Shown: positions 26,853 to 37,581, counted from the stretch's first letter. The stretch: 64,000 nt of DNA from Verrucomicrobiales bacterium (GCA_037439785.1 JBBIVJ010000021.1:8077-72076); one strand, 5' to 3'. The notes: generated by a model not told the origin, from the letters alone. Translations and numbers: made by a program.

Positions 26853-29270
26853 ATGACTCCGTGCCTTCCTTCCGCCCCGACGTCGGGACAAACCCGCGCC
26901 GCCACGCCGCGTCCTGTTCTTGCGGTCGCCGGATACCTGCTTGTAACGGTGCTCACGGCGGCCGACCCCCTGGACGTCAGCCGCGCCCCCGCCAAGGTCC
27001 AACCCGCCGTGCCGCCCAAGGCCAGGCCGTTCAGCCTGCACGACGTGCGGGTGACCGGCGGCCCGTTCAAGACCGGCCAGGACATCGCCGTGGCCTGGCT
27101 GCTGAGCCTCGAGCCGGACCGGTTCCTCGCCAACTTCCGCAAGGAAGCCGGCCTCCCCCCCAGGGCCGAGCACTACGGCGGCTGGGAACGACAGACCATC
27201 TCGGGTCACTCCGCCGGCCATTACCTGAGCGCCTGCGCCCTGGCCTGGGCCGCCACGGGCAACGAGGAGTTCCGCCGCCGCGTGGACTACCTCGTGGACG
27301 AGCTGGCCGAATGCCAGCGCGCCCACGGCGACGGCTACGTGGCCGCCATCCCCGGCGGCAAGCGGGCCTACGCCGAGGTCGCGGCCGGGAACATCCGCTC
27401 CGCCGGCTTCGACCTCAACGGCCTCTGGGTGCCCAACTACAACCTGCACAAACTCTTCGCCGGTCTGCGGGACGCCTGGCGCCTGGCCGGCAATGCCCGG
27501 GCCCTGGAAGTCGCCCGCGGCCTGGCCGACTGGTTCGAGCGCACCCACGCCCAGCTCACCGACGAACAAATGCAGCGCGTGCTCGCCTGCGAGCACGGCG
27601 GCATCAACGAAACCTTCGCCGATCTCTACGCCGACACCGGCGACGAGCGCTACCTGCGCCTGTCCCGCCGCTTCCACCACCGCGCCATCCTCGAACCGCT
27701 GGCCCGCGGCGAGGACATCCTCCCCGGCAAACACGCCAACACCCAGATTCCCAAGCTCACCGGCCTGGCCACCCGCTACGAACTGGCCGGCGATCCCACC
27801 GACCGCGCCGCCGCCGATTTCTTCTGGCAGCGCGTGGTGTACCACCACAGCTACATCACCGGCGGCCACTGCGACCACGAGTACTTCGGCCCCCCTGGCC
27901 GGCTCAATGATCGCCTCAGTCCCGCCACCACCGAGACCTGCAACGTGTACAACATGCTCAAGCTCACCCGGCATGTCTTCGGATGGAATCCCGACGCCGC
28001 CGTGGCCGACTTCTACGAACGCGCCCTGCTCAACCACATCCGCGCCACCCAGCACCCCGACGGCCGCGTCATTTACAACCTCTCCCTCCAGCCCGGCCAC
28101 CACAAGGAGTACCAGCCCCTGCGCGACGCCTGGACCTGCTGCATGGGCACCGGCATGGAAAACCACGTTCGCTACGGCGACGGCATCTACTTCCACGATG
28201 ACGCCGGCCTCTGGGTGAACCTCTACCTGCCCAGCGAGCTCAACTGGCGCGCCCGCGGCCTGAAGGTGCGACTGGAGACCGACTGGCCCTTCGCCGACAC
28301 CGCCACCCTCACCTTCACCGGCGAGCAACCGCAGGAGTTCACCCTCCGGCTGCAGCAGCCGCACTGGGCGCGGAGCGGCTTCACCGTGCGTGTCAACGGC
28401 ACGGAACATCCCCTGAGCAGCCGGCCCTCCAGCTACGCGGAGGTGCGCCGGACCTGGCGCAGCGGCGACCGCGTCGAGGTCCGCTTCCCCATGTCCCTCC
28501 GCACCGAGGCCATGCCGGACAACCCGAACCGCATCGGCATCTTTTACGGCCCCACCCTGCTCGCCGCCGACCTCGGCCCGGTGGACCAGCCGGAGGCCGG
28601 TCAGCCCGGCTTCGTGCCGGTGCTGCTCGCCGAAGGCCGACCGGTGACCGAGTGGGTCAAGCCCGTTTCACTCGCGGCGCTGACCTTCAAGACCGAGGGC
28701 GTCGGCCGGCCGCGGGACGTCGAACTCGTGCCGTTTTTCAGTCTCCACGACCGCCGTTACACCGTGTACCTGGACCTCTTCACCGAGGCCGAATGGTCGA
28801 AGCGCCAGGCCGACATCCGCGCCGAACAGGAACGCGAGGCGCGGCTGGCGGCCCGCACGCTGGACGTGCTGCGCATCGGCGAAATGCAGCCCGAGCGCGA
28901 CCATCGCCTGCGCGGGGAGCGCACCAGCGCCGGCGAGGCCTTCGGCCGCCGCTGGCGCCACGCCACTGACGGCGGCTGGTTCGCCTTCGAGCTGCGCGTG
29001 GACCCCGCTCACCCGGTCGAACTGCTCTGCACCTACTGGGGCGGGGACGGCGGCGGCTACCGCGAGTTCGACGTGCTGGTGGACGGCACCCGCATCGCCA
29101 CCCAGAAGCTCGAACAGAACGCCCCCAACCGCTTCTTCGACGTGGCCTACCCCATCCCCCCCGAGCTGAGCCGCGGCAAGGACCGGGTCACCGTCCGCTT
29201 CCAGGCCCACCCCGGCAAGTGGGCCGGCGGCCTGTTCGGCGTGCGCACCCTGCGGGCGGAGGCGCCGTAA
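26853..29270 (+). CDS. Glycoside hydrolase family 127 (beta-L-arabinofuranosidase/DUF1680-like)
   Basis: GHSAGHYLSA, HANTQIPK, ETCNVYNMLKL and WTCCMGTGMENH match the HypBA1-type conserved blocks, including the Cys-rich catalytic region. Confidence 0.85.
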   Translation: MTPCLPSAPTSGQTRAATPRPVLAVAGYLLVTVLTAADPLDVSRAPAKVQPAVPPKARPFSLHDVRVTGGPFKTGQDIAVAWLLSLEPDRFLANFRKEAGLPPRAEHYGGWERQTISGHSAGHYLSACALAWAATGNEEFRRRVDYLVDELAECQRAHGDGYVAAIPGGKRAYAEVAAGNIRSAGFDLNGLWVPNYNLHKLFAGLRDAWRLAGNARALEVARGLADWFERTHAQLTDEQMQRVLACEHGGINETFADLYADTGDERYLRLSRRFHHRAILEPLARGEDILPGKHANTQIPKLTGLATRYELAGDPTDRAAADFFWQRVVYHHSYITGGHCDHEYFGPPGRLNDRLSPATTETCNVYNMLKLTRHVFGWNPDAAVADFYERALLNHIRATQHPDGRVIYNLSLQPGHHKEYQPLRDAWTCCMGTGMENHVRYGDGIYFHDDAGLWVNLYLPSELNWRARGLKVRLETDWPFADTATLTFTGEQPQEFTLRLQQPHWARSGFTVRVNGTEHPLSSRPSSYAEVRRTWRSGDRVEVRFPMSLRTEAMPDNPNRIGIFYGPTLLAADLGPVDQPEAGQPGFVPVLLAEGRPVTEWVKPVSLAALTFKTEGVGRPRDVELVPFFSLHDRRYTVYLDLFTEAEWSKRQADIRAEQEREARLAARTLDVLRIGEMQPERDHRLRGERTSAGEAFGRRWRHATDGGWFAFELRVDPAHPVELLCTYWGGDGGGYREFDVLVDGTRIATQKLEQNAPNRFFDVAYPIPPELSRGKDRVTVRFQAHPGKWAGGLFGVRTLRAEAP

Positions 29271-29280
29271 GGCCAACCCC

Positions 29281-29991
29281 TCAGGCGGCGGGACAGGGAC
29301 CGGCCGCGGGCAGGAGCGGCCGCAGCGGACAGGCGGCGCAGCGCGGCTGGCGGGGGTGGCAGAACTCCTTGCCCACGGCCACCAGTTGGGCGTGGTAATC
29401 CTGCCAGTAATCCAGCAGCGCGGCGGCGGGCCGGTGCTTCAGCGCGGCGGTGCAGAGCCGCTGCACGGTGTCGTAATCGGCCCCCTGGGCGCACCAGCCG
29501 TGTCGGGCAAAGATGCGGCGCGTGTAGGCGTCCACCACGAACACCCGCTGGCCGCCGGCATAAAGCAACATGCTGTCGGCCGTCTCGGGGCCGATGCCGT
29601 GCAGGGCCAGCAAGCGCGCCCGTGCCTCCGCCAGTGTCCCGCCCAGCATCCGTGCCAGGTCGCCGTCCCACTCGTGCACCAGCGCGGCCAGGAAGGCGCG
29701 CAGCCGCCGGGCCTTGACATTGAAGTAACCGGCCGGGCGGATCAGGGCCGCCAGCCGGGCCGGGGGCAGGGCCAGCAGGCGGCGCGGTTCAAGCACCCCG
29801 GCAGCTTTCAGGTGGGCGATGGCGCGCTCGACGTTGGCCCAGTTGGTGTTCTGGGTGAGGATGGCGCCGACGCAGACCTCGAAGGGGGTCTCGCCCGGCC
29901 ACCACCCCTGATGGCCGAAGCGCCGGCGCATCAGACCGTAGGCCCGGCGCAGGGCCGCGGTGAGGTGGCGGTCCGGCGGGGCGGCGCTCAT
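29281..29991 (-). CDS. Endonuclease III-related HhH-GPD protein with a [4Fe-4S] Cys cluster
   Basis: ILTQNTNWANV, LHGIGPETADSMLLY (HhH-GPD) and C-terminal CHPRQPRCAACPL. ATGA start/stop overlap with the upstream MBL gene. Confidence 0.8.
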   Translation of the reverse strand: MSAAPPDRHLTAALRRAYGLMRRRFGHQGWWPGETPFEVCVGAILTQNTNWANVERAIAHLKAAGVLEPRRLLALPPARLAALIRPAGYFNVKARRLRAFLAALVHEWDGDLARMLGGTLAEARARLLALHGIGPETADSMLLYAGGQRVFVVDAYTRRIFARHGWCAQGADYDTVQRLCTAALKHRPAAALLDYWQDYHAQLVAVGKEFCHPRQPRCAACPLRPLLPAAGPCPAA

Positions 29992-30866
29992 GCGACCGGC
30001 CCGCCGTTGCCGCCCAGTTCGAGGGTGGGGCTGCGATGGTCCTGGGAGGTGGTTTCCACCCGGACATGGGTGGCGCCCAGCGCCTGCAGGCGGGTCGAGA
30101 CGGTGCGGAAGGCCAGCTCGGGGCGGTTGCAGTCGCGGCTCAAATGCCCCAGATACAGGTGGCGGAGGTCGGCGGAGAGGATTTGGCCGGCCACCTCGGC
30201 GGCGGCGTCGTTCGAGAGGTGGCCGTGGCGGCTGAGGATGCGTTGTTTGACGCTCCAGGGGCGTTTGGGGTCGTCCTGGAGCAGGCGCACGTCGTGATTG
30301 GTTTCCAGGACCAGGACGTGCGCCGGCCGCACCCGGTCGAGCACCAGCCGGGAGGCGTGGCCGAGGTCGGTGAGGAAGCCGATGTTGCCGGCGACGGTGC
30401 GCAGCAGGAACCCAACCGGGTCCTGGGCATCGTGCGGCACGCTGAAGGTCTCCACCTGCACGTCCCCCAGCTCGAAGGCGGCGCCGGTCTGAAACAGGCG
30501 CGCAGGCAGGCGGGTTTCCAGGAGCTGCTCGACCGCCTCGCGGGTCTCCGCGTTGCAGTAAATGGGAATCTGGAGCCGGGCCCCCAGCATGGCCAGGCCC
30601 TGGATGTGATCGCTGTGCTCGTGGGTGAGCAGGATGCCATCCAGCGTTTCCGGCGAACGTCCCAGCTCGGCCAGGCGCTGGCGAATCTGGCGGGCGCTGA
30701 AGCCGGCATCAATCAGGAGCCGGGTCTGGTCGGTTTCGAGGTAGGCGCAGTTGCCGCCGGAACCGCTGCCGAGGATGGTGAACCGCACGGGCACGGGGGC
30801 GACGTTAGGCCGGGGCGCGGTCCGGTCAACGGAATTGCTCGCCCCGGCGGCGGCCATCTTCTCCAC
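29988..30866 (-). CDS. MBL-fold metallo-hydrolase
   Basis: FTILGSGSGGNCAYLE...LLIDAG...LLTHEHSDHIQGL (HxHxDH) ...GHLSN. Confidence 0.8.
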   Translation of the reverse strand: MEKMAAAGASNSVDRTAPRPNVAPVPVRFTILGSGSGGNCAYLETDQTRLLIDAGFSARQIRQRLAELGRSPETLDGILLTHEHSDHIQGLAMLGARLQIPIYCNAETREAVEQLLETRLPARLFQTGAAFELGDVQVETFSVPHDAQDPVGFLLRTVAGNIGFLTDLGHASRLVLDRVRPAHVLVLETNHDVRLLQDDPKRPWSVKQRILSRHGHLSNDAAAEVAGQILSADLRHLYLGHLSRDCNRPELAFRTVSTRLQALGATHVRVETTSQDHRSPTLELGGNGGPVA

Positions 30867-31059
30867 CGGTTGACGCCGCCGGCAAGCCCCCTGCCGGGTA
30901 GCCGCCGCGGGAATGCGGCGGACCCTCGCTCCGCCGGCTCACGCCGGCGGTCACCCGTCTGCGGCCGCCGTTTTGGGGTTTTCCCTGCCGACCGGGGGAG
31001 GTAAGTTGGCGGGCACCTGCCGTGGGTCCGGAACCAACGGCCGGCATCGCATTGTTTCT

Positions 31060-31797
31060 ATGGCCGGACACAGCAAATGGGCGAAGGTGAGGCATTTCAA
31101 GGGCGCAATTGATGCCCGGCGCGCGCGCCTCTTCGCCAAGCTTTCCCGCGAGGTCACCATCGCCGCCAGGCTCGGCGGGGGGGACCCGGACCTGAACCCG
31201 CGGCTGCGCCTGGCCCTGCTCAAGTGCCGCGCGGCCAACATGCCCTCGGACAACATCGAGCGCGCCATCAAGAAGGGCACCGGCGGCGGCGAGACCGGCA
31301 CCTTCGAGGACCTCCTGTACGAGGCCTTCGGCCCCGGCGGCGTCGCGTTGCTGATCGAGGTGAGCACCAACAACCGCAATCGGACCGCGGCCGAGGTGCG
31401 CAGCCTGCTCACCCGCCACGGCGGCACCATTGCCACCGCCGGCGCCGTCAGCCGCCTGTTCCAGCGCCAGGGGCAGATCATCGTGACCCGCGACGCCGCC
31501 GAGGAGGACCGTCTGATGGAAATCGCGCTCGAGGCGGGGGCGACGGACTTCCGCGTCGAGCCCGAAGGGTATGAAATCCTGACCGAGCCGGCGCAGTTCG
31601 AGGCGGTACACTGCGCGGTCGAGGCCGCCGGCATCAAGCCGGTCAGCGCCGCCGTGACCTACCTGCCGCTGAGTCCACTGCCGGTGAACGACCCGGTCAC
31701 GGTGACGGCATTGGACCAGTTGGGGGAAGCCCTCGAAGACCACGACGACGTCAAGGAGGTCTTCACCAACGCGGCTTGCCCCGCCGAGGCGGTTTGA
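31060..31797 (+). CDS. YebC/PmpR-family DNA-binding transcriptional regulator
   Basis: MAGHSKWAKVRHFKGAIDARRARLFAKLSREV...MPSDNIERAIKKG... is the canonical family N-terminus. Confidence 0.9.
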   Translation: MAGHSKWAKVRHFKGAIDARRARLFAKLSREVTIAARLGGGDPDLNPRLRLALLKCRAANMPSDNIERAIKKGTGGGETGTFEDLLYEAFGPGGVALLIEVSTNNRNRTAAEVRSLLTRHGGTIATAGAVSRLFQRQGQIIVTRDAAEEDRLMEIALEAGATDFRVEPEGYEILTEPAQFEAVHCAVEAAGIKPVSAAVTYLPLSPLPVNDPVTVTALDQLGEALEDHDDVKEVFTNAACPAEAV

Positions 31798-34649
31798 TGG
31801 CCGGTCCCCGGCAAGTCCCGGCAGGTGGGAACCCGTGCGCGGGCCGGGCGCCGGGTCAGGCCGCCCCCCCCGCCGGCTGGGCGACGTGGCTGTTGCGGGG
31901 GCTGGCGGACGCCGTGTACCGCCACCCGCGGCTGTTCTTCTATCCCCAGGCGCTGGCGTTCCTGGTCGCGCTGTTGTTCCCGGTCTGGCGGCTGGAATTC
32001 GACACCAACCGCAATCGCCTGGTGGGCGAGGACAAGGTGTACCACCAGGCGTACCTGAAGTACCGGCGCGAGTTCGCCGCCCAGGACGAGCTGGTGGTGC
32101 TGGTCGAGAGCGAGGACATCGAGAAAAACCGCCAGTTCGTCGAGCGGCTGGGCGCGCGGCTGGAGGCCGAGACCAACCTCTTCACCGACATCTTCTTCAA
32201 GGGCGACCTCAAGCTCATGGGGCCCAAGGCGCTGTTGTTCATCACCAACCACACCCTGCTGGAGGACATGGCCCAGCGGCTCCGGGAGGCCCGGCCGGTA
32301 CTGAACCACTTCGCCCAGGTCACCAATCTCAACGCCCTGTTCCAGACCGTCACCGCGCAGTTCCGCAACGCCGCGCGCCAGCCGGAGGCCGCCGACCCCT
32401 CCCTGCTCGACAGCCTGCCCGCCCTGGGCCGCATCGCCTCCCAGGCCGCCGAGGCCCTCTCCCGGCCCGGCCCGCCCCCCTCTCCCGGCATCACCGCGCT
32501 GTTCGGGGGGGGCGAGCAGGCCGAGCAATCGCTCTACCTCACCTTTGCCAGCAACCGCATCTACCTGGTGACCGCCCGCCCCCGCACGGAGGCGCTCAAC
32601 GAACCGGCCGTGCACCGCCTGCGCGCCCTGCTGGAGCAAACCCGCGCCGAAGTGCCCGGCGTCAACGCCGGCCTCACGGGCGGACCGGTGCTCGAGGTGG
32701 ACGAGATGGCCCAGGCGCAGCGGGACACCACGCTGGCCTCGGTCGTGGCGCTGGGCCTGTGCGCGTTGCTCTTCATCTATGGCTATCAGGAAACCGGCCG
32801 CCCCATCAAGGCGGTGGCCTGCCTGCTGGTGGGCCTGGCCTACACCCTGGCCTATGCCACCGCCATCATCGGCCACCTGAACCTGCTGACCATCACCTTC
32901 CTCCCCATCCTGATCGGCCTGGCAATTGACTTCGGCATCCACCTGGTCAGCCGTTACGAGGAGGAACTGCGCGCCGGCCACCCCGAGCGGGCCGCCCTCG
33001 AGACCGCCCTGGTCCAAACCGGCCGCGGCATCTTCACCGGCTGCCTCACCACCGCCGGCGCCTTCCTGGCCATGGGCCTGACCGATTTCAAGGGGGTCAG
33101 CGAAATGGGCCTGATCTGCGGCGGCGGCCTGATCCTGTGCCTGATCCCCATGCTCACCTTGCTGCCGGTGCTATTGCTGCGCGGCCGGCAAAACCTCCTG
33201 GACCACGCCCCCGCCGCGCGCCCCGACGCCCGGACCCGCCTGGAACGACTCTGGCTGGAGCGGCCGGTCCTGACCCTCGGCCTGGCCGCCACCCTGACCC
33301 TGGCGGCCGCCGCCGGCCCGGGCCGCATGCGGTTCGATTACAACCTGCTCAACCTCCAATCCGCCGGTCTGCCCGCGGTGGTGTACGAGCACAAGCTCCT
33401 CGCCCACGCCGGCCGCTCGGTCATCTTCGGCGTCGTCACCGCCGGCTCGCTGGAGGAGGCGCGGGACCTGCAAACCCGCCTCGAAGCCCTGCCCTCGGTG
33501 GCGGGCGTGGACTCGATGGTCAACTACCTGACCGAGGACCAGACCGAACGGCTGGCGCTGGTCCGGCAGATTCGGGCCTGCCTGCTGGGCCTGCGCTTCG
33601 CCCCGGTGGACCCCGAGCCGGTCAACCTGCCCGCCCTGCGCCAGACCCTGCGCCTGCTCCAGGCCTACCTCGGCCTGGGGGCCAGCCTTTCCGACCGCGG
33701 CGGCGAGGAGGCGGTGGGCGACACCTTGCGCGAGGTCCGCACCGCCGTGGCCGGGCTGCTCGACGCCCTGGCCCGGGCCGAGCCCGAGGCGGCGGCCCGT
33801 CAGCTCGGCACCTTTCAGCGCGCGCTCCTGCACGACCTTCAGAACACCCTCCGCGCCATCCGGGATCAGGATGACTCCGGCCCGCTGCGGCCCGAGGACA
33901 TCCCCGCCCCGCTGCGACACCGCTTCATCAGCAAGTCCGGCGACCGGTTCCTGCTCCAGGTCAACCCCCGCTCCAACGTCTGGGAACGCGTGCCGCAGGA
34001 GGTCTTCGTGCGCGAGTTGCGTCAGGTGGCCCCCGACGCCACCGGCGAGCCGGTCCAGCTCTACGAGTACACCACCCTGCTCAAGGACAGTTACGTCGAG
34101 GCGGCCTGGTACGCCCTGGCCGCGGTGGCCGTGCTGGTCTGGCTGCACTTCCGCCGCGTCGGAGCGGTCCTGCTGGCCCTGTTGCCGGTGGGTCTGGGCA
34201 TGCTCTGGCTGGCGGGCGCCCTGGGATGGCTGGGGCAACCGTTCAATCCCGCCAACATCATGACCCTCCCCCTGGTGGTGGGCATCGGCGTCACCAACGG
34301 CATCCATGTGCTCAACCGCTTCGCCGAGGAGCGCTCCCCCACCATCTTCGGCCGCAGCACCGGCAAGGCCGTGCTGCTCTCGGCCCTGACCACCGTGGCC
34401 GGCTTCGGCAGCCTGATGCTGGCGGACCACCGCGGCATCGCCAGTCTCGGCCTGGTGATGTCGGTCGGTACCCTGGCCTGTCTGGTGGCCGGCGTGGTGG
34501 TCCTGCCCACCCTGTTGCAGGTGCTGGTCCGCCGCGGCTGGCGGTGGAACCGGCCGGCCCCCCCCGCGGGTCCGGCCGCCGGCGCACCGGCGGACACGGC
34601 CCCTGGTCAGCCGGCGCGCCGCGGAGCGGCGGCGGAACGCGTCACTTGA
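31797..34649 (+). CDS. MMPL/RND-superfamily transporter (two 6-TM bundles; HpnN-like architecture)
   Basis: Two SSD-type TM blocks (…LTITFLPILIGLAIDFGIHLVSRY… and …MTLPLVVGIGVTNGIHVLNRF…) separated by large periplasmic domains. The ATG overlaps the YebC-family gene stop (TGATG). Confidence 0.8.
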   Translation: MAGPRQVPAGGNPCAGRAPGQAAPPAGWATWLLRGLADAVYRHPRLFFYPQALAFLVALLFPVWRLEFDTNRNRLVGEDKVYHQAYLKYRREFAAQDELVVLVESEDIEKNRQFVERLGARLEAETNLFTDIFFKGDLKLMGPKALLFITNHTLLEDMAQRLREARPVLNHFAQVTNLNALFQTVTAQFRNAARQPEAADPSLLDSLPALGRIASQAAEALSRPGPPPSPGITALFGGGEQAEQSLYLTFASNRIYLVTARPRTEALNEPAVHRLRALLEQTRAEVPGVNAGLTGGPVLEVDEMAQAQRDTTLASVVALGLCALLFIYGYQETGRPIKAVACLLVGLAYTLAYATAIIGHLNLLTITFLPILIGLAIDFGIHLVSRYEEELRAGHPERAALETALVQTGRGIFTGCLTTAGAFLAMGLTDFKGVSEMGLICGGGLILCLIPMLTLLPVLLLRGRQNLLDHAPAARPDARTRLERLWLERPVLTLGLAATLTLAAAAGPGRMRFDYNLLNLQSAGLPAVVYEHKLLAHAGRSVIFGVVTAGSLEEARDLQTRLEALPSVAGVDSMVNYLTEDQTERLALVRQIRACLLGLRFAPVDPEPVNLPALRQTLRLLQAYLGLGASLSDRGGEEAVGDTLREVRTAVAGLLDALARAEPEAAARQLGTFQRALLHDLQNTLRAIRDQDDSGPLRPEDIPAPLRHRFISKSGDRFLLQVNPRSNVWERVPQEVFVRELRQVAPDATGEPVQLYEYTTLLKDSYVEAAWYALAAVAVLVWLHFRRVGAVLLALLPVGLGMLWLAGALGWLGQPFNPANIMTLPLVVGIGVTNGIHVLNRFAEERSPTIFGRSTGKAVLLSALTTVAGFGSLMLADHRGIASLGLVMSVGTLACLVAGVVVLPTLLQVLVRRGWRWNRPAPPAGPAAGAPADTAPGQPARRGAAAERVT

Positions 34650-34680
34650 ATTCCGCCCCCGTTCGGCGCAAAACCTCCGC

Positions 34681-36099
34681 ATGAATCTCCCCCTGCTCCG
34701 ATGGGCAGCAGCCGTGGTGCTGGGACTGGGCGGGCTGACGCGGCTCCCCGCTCCGGCCGCGGCCGCCGGGGACGTCGCGGCGGGGCGGGTGCGGATCACG
34801 CCGGTGGCCAGCGACGAGCTGCTCGCCAACCCCGGCATGGGCTGGCAGACCTTTCACCGTTTCGCCGACGAGGACCCCCACCTCCAGGGCCTGCCCAGCG
34901 CCAGCGCCTACTTCCGCTTCTACTGGCGCGAAATCGAGCCCGAAGACGGTCGGATTGATTACGCCCGTTTCGATGCGCTCCTCGACCGCGCCCGCCGGGC
35001 CGGACAAAAGCTGGCCCTCCGGGTGATGTGCACCGGCTCGAGTGCTTACCTGGATGTGCCGGCCTGGCTGAAGGAGCAGGGTTGCGCCGGCTTCGAGTTC
35101 ACCTACGAGGGGCGGCGGCACTGGGTGCCGGACTTCGCCGACCCGCGCTTTCAGGAAAAACACTTCCGCCTCATTCGGGAACTGGGCCGGCGCTACGACG
35201 GCCATCCGGACCTCGACCTGGTGGACATCGGCTCGGTGGGCTTGTGGGGCGAATGGCACATGAGCGGCACCCGGCTGGCGGACAGCGACCGCCCGGTGCC
35301 GATGCCCGCGACCGACCTGCTCCAGGCCGTTATCCACGCCTGGTGCACGGCCTTCCCGCGGACCGCCAAGGTGGTCCTGATCGGCAGCGAGGAGGGGATG
35401 CGGCGAACGGTGCGGGACCGTCTGGGCTGGCGCGCGGACTGCCTGGGCGATCTGGGCGGCTTTTCCCGGACGTGGAACCACATGGAGCATTTCTACCTCC
35501 AGCAACTGGCCAAAACCGGCGCCGGGGAGGCCTGGAAAACCGGCCCGGTCGCCTTCGAGACCTGCTGGGACATGCGCAAGTGGCAGGAGGCCGGCTGGGA
35601 TATCCGGTTCATCTTCGACTACGCCCTGCGCTGTCACGCCAGTTACGTGAACAACAAATCGGCGCCGCTGCCGGCCGGCACCCGGCCGGAGGTCGAACGC
35701 CTCCTGCGCCGGCTGGGGTACCGCCTGGTCCTGCGCGCGGTCGAGCATCCGGCCCGCGTGCCGCCGGGCGTACCCCTGACGCTCACGTTGGACTGGGAAA
35801 ACGTGGGCGTGGCCCCGCCGTACCGCGACGACCGCCTCGCCCTCCGCCTGCGCCCGCACGCGGGCGGGGGACCGCCGTGGGTGTGGGTGTCCGAGACGAC
35901 CATCCGGGGCTGGTTGCCGGGAGCGCATCGCACGGCGCTGACCTTTGACGTACCGGTCTCGCTGCAACCCGGCCGGTACGAGCTGGCCCTCGGCGTGGTG
36001 GATGCCATCCGCCGGCAGCCGGTCGTGCGCCTGGCCATTCTCGGTCGCGACGCCGAAGGCTGGTACCCGCTGGGCCCCCTCGACATCTCGCCCCCGTGA
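34681..36099 (+). CDS. Secreted putative glycoside hydrolase (TIM-barrel, DUF4832-like)
   Basis: Signal peptide. NPGMGWQTF..., ...VDIGSVGLWGEWH..., and a C-terminal beta-sandwich-like region. The family assignment is from memory and was not searched. Confidence 0.5.
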   Translation: MNLPLLRWAAAVVLGLGGLTRLPAPAAAAGDVAAGRVRITPVASDELLANPGMGWQTFHRFADEDPHLQGLPSASAYFRFYWREIEPEDGRIDYARFDALLDRARRAGQKLALRVMCTGSSAYLDVPAWLKEQGCAGFEFTYEGRRHWVPDFADPRFQEKHFRLIRELGRRYDGHPDLDLVDIGSVGLWGEWHMSGTRLADSDRPVPMPATDLLQAVIHAWCTAFPRTAKVVLIGSEEGMRRTVRDRLGWRADCLGDLGGFSRTWNHMEHFYLQQLAKTGAGEAWKTGPVAFETCWDMRKWQEAGWDIRFIFDYALRCHASYVNNKSAPLPAGTRPEVERLLRRLGYRLVLRAVEHPARVPPGVPLTLTLDWENVGVAPPYRDDRLALRLRPHAGGGPPWVWVSETTIRGWLPGAHRTALTFDVPVSLQPGRYELALGVVDAIRRQPVVRLAILGRDAEGWYPLGPLDISPP

Positions 36100-36307
36100 A
36101 CCCCCGCCAGACCAGCAGAACGGCCGAGCGGGCGCGGGTTATTCGGGACACACGCTGCCCGCGCCGGCGGGTTACTGGCCCATTGACCGGGCCGGCGCAA
36201 TTCGGGACCCTCGATTCATGCAGATCTTGCCGACAGCCCTGAACTGTTGTCCACCGGCCACGGTCAGCGCGGGCCCTGCCCCATGCCCACAAACCTTTGA
36301 GTAACCC

Positions 36308-36661
36308 ATGAAAACCTCCTTCCCATCCCGGCGCCGCCGGGTCCGGGGGGCCGCGCCGGCGGCGCTGAGCGTCCTGGTCCTGGTGGGCGTGGCCGGGGGC
36401 ATCACCAGTTGCGGCCGTTCCGGCGGCGGGACGGGCGAGGCACCGGCCGCGGGGGCCTCGGCGGCGGCGCAGGAGGAGACTGGCCGGCTGTTGAGCGAGC
36501 TGACCCAGCAGGTCCGCAAGTACAGTGTCGAGCAGCGGCAACCGCCCGCGAGCCTGGACGACCTGGTGGCCCGCGGCTACCTGAAGGAGCTGCCCGCCGC
36601 TCCGGCCGGCAAGCGCTTTGTCATCACCAAAAACCTCCAGGTCGAACTGGCCAACCGCTGA
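36308..36661 (+). CDS. Small lipoprotein, function unknown
   Basis: Lipobox [12 protein letters not shown]-terminal ...[24 protein letters not shown]. Ends 8 nt before the prepilin-type gene. Confidence 0.5.
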   Translation: MKTSFPSRRRRVRGAAPAALSVLVLVGVAGGITSCGRSGGGTGEAPAAGASAAAQEETGRLLSELTQQVRKYSVEQRQPPASLDDLVARGYLKELPAAPAGKRFVITKNLQVELANR

Positions 36662-36669
36662 CCCAGGCC

Positions 36670-37581
36670 ATGTCCGCCTCCTGCGCCTTCCGCACCCCGT
36701 CGTGCCCGCCGCCGCGCGGCGGCCGGGCCTTCACCTTGATCGAGCTGTTGGTGGTCATTGCCATCATCGCCATCCTGGCCGGCCTGCTCCTGCCGGCCCT
36801 GGCGGGGGCCAAATCGCGGGCCCAACGGCTCAAGTGCATGGCCCAGATGAAGCAGCTCGGCCTGGGGTTCAGCCTCTTCACCGGCGACCATTTCAACCAG
36901 TACCCGCCCACCGCTTTCGCCACCGGCGACTACCAGTACCAGCTTTCCTGGGACGACTATATCCACCGCTACATCGGCGGCTCGGCGCCGGAGGCGGACC
37001 TCATCGTGGGCATCTCCGGCGGCATCGCCGACCGCGCCACCATCCCGCGGATTCTCAAATGCCCCGCGGACAAGATCGAGATCACCATCAGTTGGGCGGT
37101 GTTTGGCCAACGGCGCACCTACGCCATGAACTACGCCGGCCCGGGCTTCATGCTGCCGAGCCGGACCAGCCCCCTGCCGCCGCCGGATTACGGGGTGGGG
37201 GTCTATTACAACCTGCGCTCGACCGCCCCGGGCTCGTTGCCGGACTGGGAGCCGCGCGGCTACCCGGAAAGCGTGGTCCAGGACCCCGCCGGGACCCTGC
37301 TCCTGGTCGAGCAACCCGAGGGCGGCAACATCGCCGGCAACGACTGGCCTTCCTTCTGCATGGGCCCGGTCGGCCCCGCCACCAGCGGTGACCAAAGCCC
37401 GTACCAGATCGTCCTCGGCGGCCGCCAAAAGTGGGGCGAGACCGCCTACGGCCTGCACGCGCGGCGGTTCAACTACCTGTTCCACGACGGCCACGTGGCC
37501 ATCCACCGCATCCAGGACACCGTCGGCACCGGCACCACCAATGCCCCGCGCGGCATGTGGACGATGCGGGTGGGGGACTGA
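36670..37581 (+). CDS. Prepilin-type N-terminal cleavage/methylation domain protein (DUF1559 / H-X9-DG family)
   Basis: [31 protein letters not shown] (pilin-like N-terminus) and C-terminal NYLFHDGHV (H-X9-DG-like). Confidence 0.85.
   Translation: MSASCAFRTPSCPPPRGGRAFTLIELLVVIAIIAILAGLLLPALAGAKSRAQRLKCMAQMKQLGLGFSLFTGDHFNQYPPTAFATGDYQYQLSWDDYIHRYIGGSAPEADLIVGISGGIADRATIPRILKCPADKIEITISWAVFGQRRTYAMNYAGPGFMLPSRTSPLPPPDYGVGVYYNLRSTAPGSLPDWEPRGYPESVVQDPAGTLLLVEQPEGGNIAGNDWPSFCMGPVGPATSGDQSPYQIVLGGRQKWGETAYGLHARRFNYLFHDGHVAIHRIQDTVGTGTTNAPRGMWTMRVGD

Noticed and set aside
31776-31796. TTG start at 31776 for the MMPL transporter
   Set aside because: It lies inside the YebC-family coding region. 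The ATG at 31797, overlapping the YebC-family gene stop, is the more economical start.
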